Shown: one piece after another, positions 63,845 to 64,000 of the stretch
How the letters are laid out: the number at the start of each line of letters is the position of its first letter
Position numbering within the stretch: position 1 is the first letter of the stretch
NCBI GenBank assembly: GCA_965637545.1
Contig: OZ281498.1
Span: 11,656,001 to 11,720,000, forward strand
Reading direction: 5' to 3'
Source: Phallusia mammillata
Lineage: Eukaryota
DNA: 64,000 nt
Notes under the pieces: generated by a model
Seen by the model: only the letters and a program-made list of their open reading frames with translations
What the model was told of the DNA's origin: nothing
Databases searched by the model: none
Made by a program: the position numbers and the translations under genes

Positions 63845-63928
63845 TTTGAAGAAAACCCTACAGACACTGCAATCAACCGTTGTGCAAAACTTGCATTTCC
63901 ATATGTTTGCTGGTTGCAAAAAAACCTG

Positions 63929-63933
<5 letters not shown>

Positions 63934-63961
<28 letters not shown>

Positions 63962-64000
63962 CACGGGGTTCGAACCCAGGACACTCCCGGGGACGAATCC
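63934..64000 (-). mobile_element. tRNA-derived SINE-like element, copy 2 (runs off the window end)
   Basis: The reverse complement GATTCGTCCCCGGGAGTGTCCTGGGTTCGAACCCCGTG followed by A28 matches 51323-51368. Confidence 0.75.

Noticed and set aside
63845-63964. Lys-rich N-terminus of the 264-aa ORF
   Set aside because: The poly-Lys is the SINE A-tract read in frame; the plausible start is the ATG at 63844 or 63820.

Overview
AT-rich, intron-containing animal genomic DNA with no prokaryotic features. It is most likely an ascidian/tunicate; this is inferred from the compact GT-AG introns and from C-type lectins carrying the YCQS-G--LV-S-MRD and xDD-C signatures I recall from tunicate lectins such as TC14. 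Genes reconstructed by hand from splice sites and frame: (1) the 3' part of an LRIG gene (+, 1561-12399); (2) a convergent TIR-less LRR single-pass receptor (-, 13781-~19050); (3) an 11-TM-type APC-superfamily amino-acid permease (+, 26242-31759); (4) an SLCO2-like OATP (-, 34103-42902); (5) a tandem array of four 3-exon secreted C-type lectins (-, 45344-63844). In the array, copy A is an intact collectin with collagen and a PGKxGP motif, copies B and C have no collagen, and copy D is a collectin pseudogene hit by a TSD-flanked LINE fragment and a Trp-to-stop change. The window also holds many non-autonomous hAT MITEs with 8-bp target-site duplications (all CAG[G/T]GG-ended ones have nnnTAnnn TSDs), two copies of a tRNA-derived SINE-like element, and a ~99.6% identical 1268-bp tandem duplication. 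The best candidates for new biology are the collagen-plus/collagen-minus lectin array, the in-frame signal-peptide/LINE fusion, and the LRR receptor with a furin-site loop.
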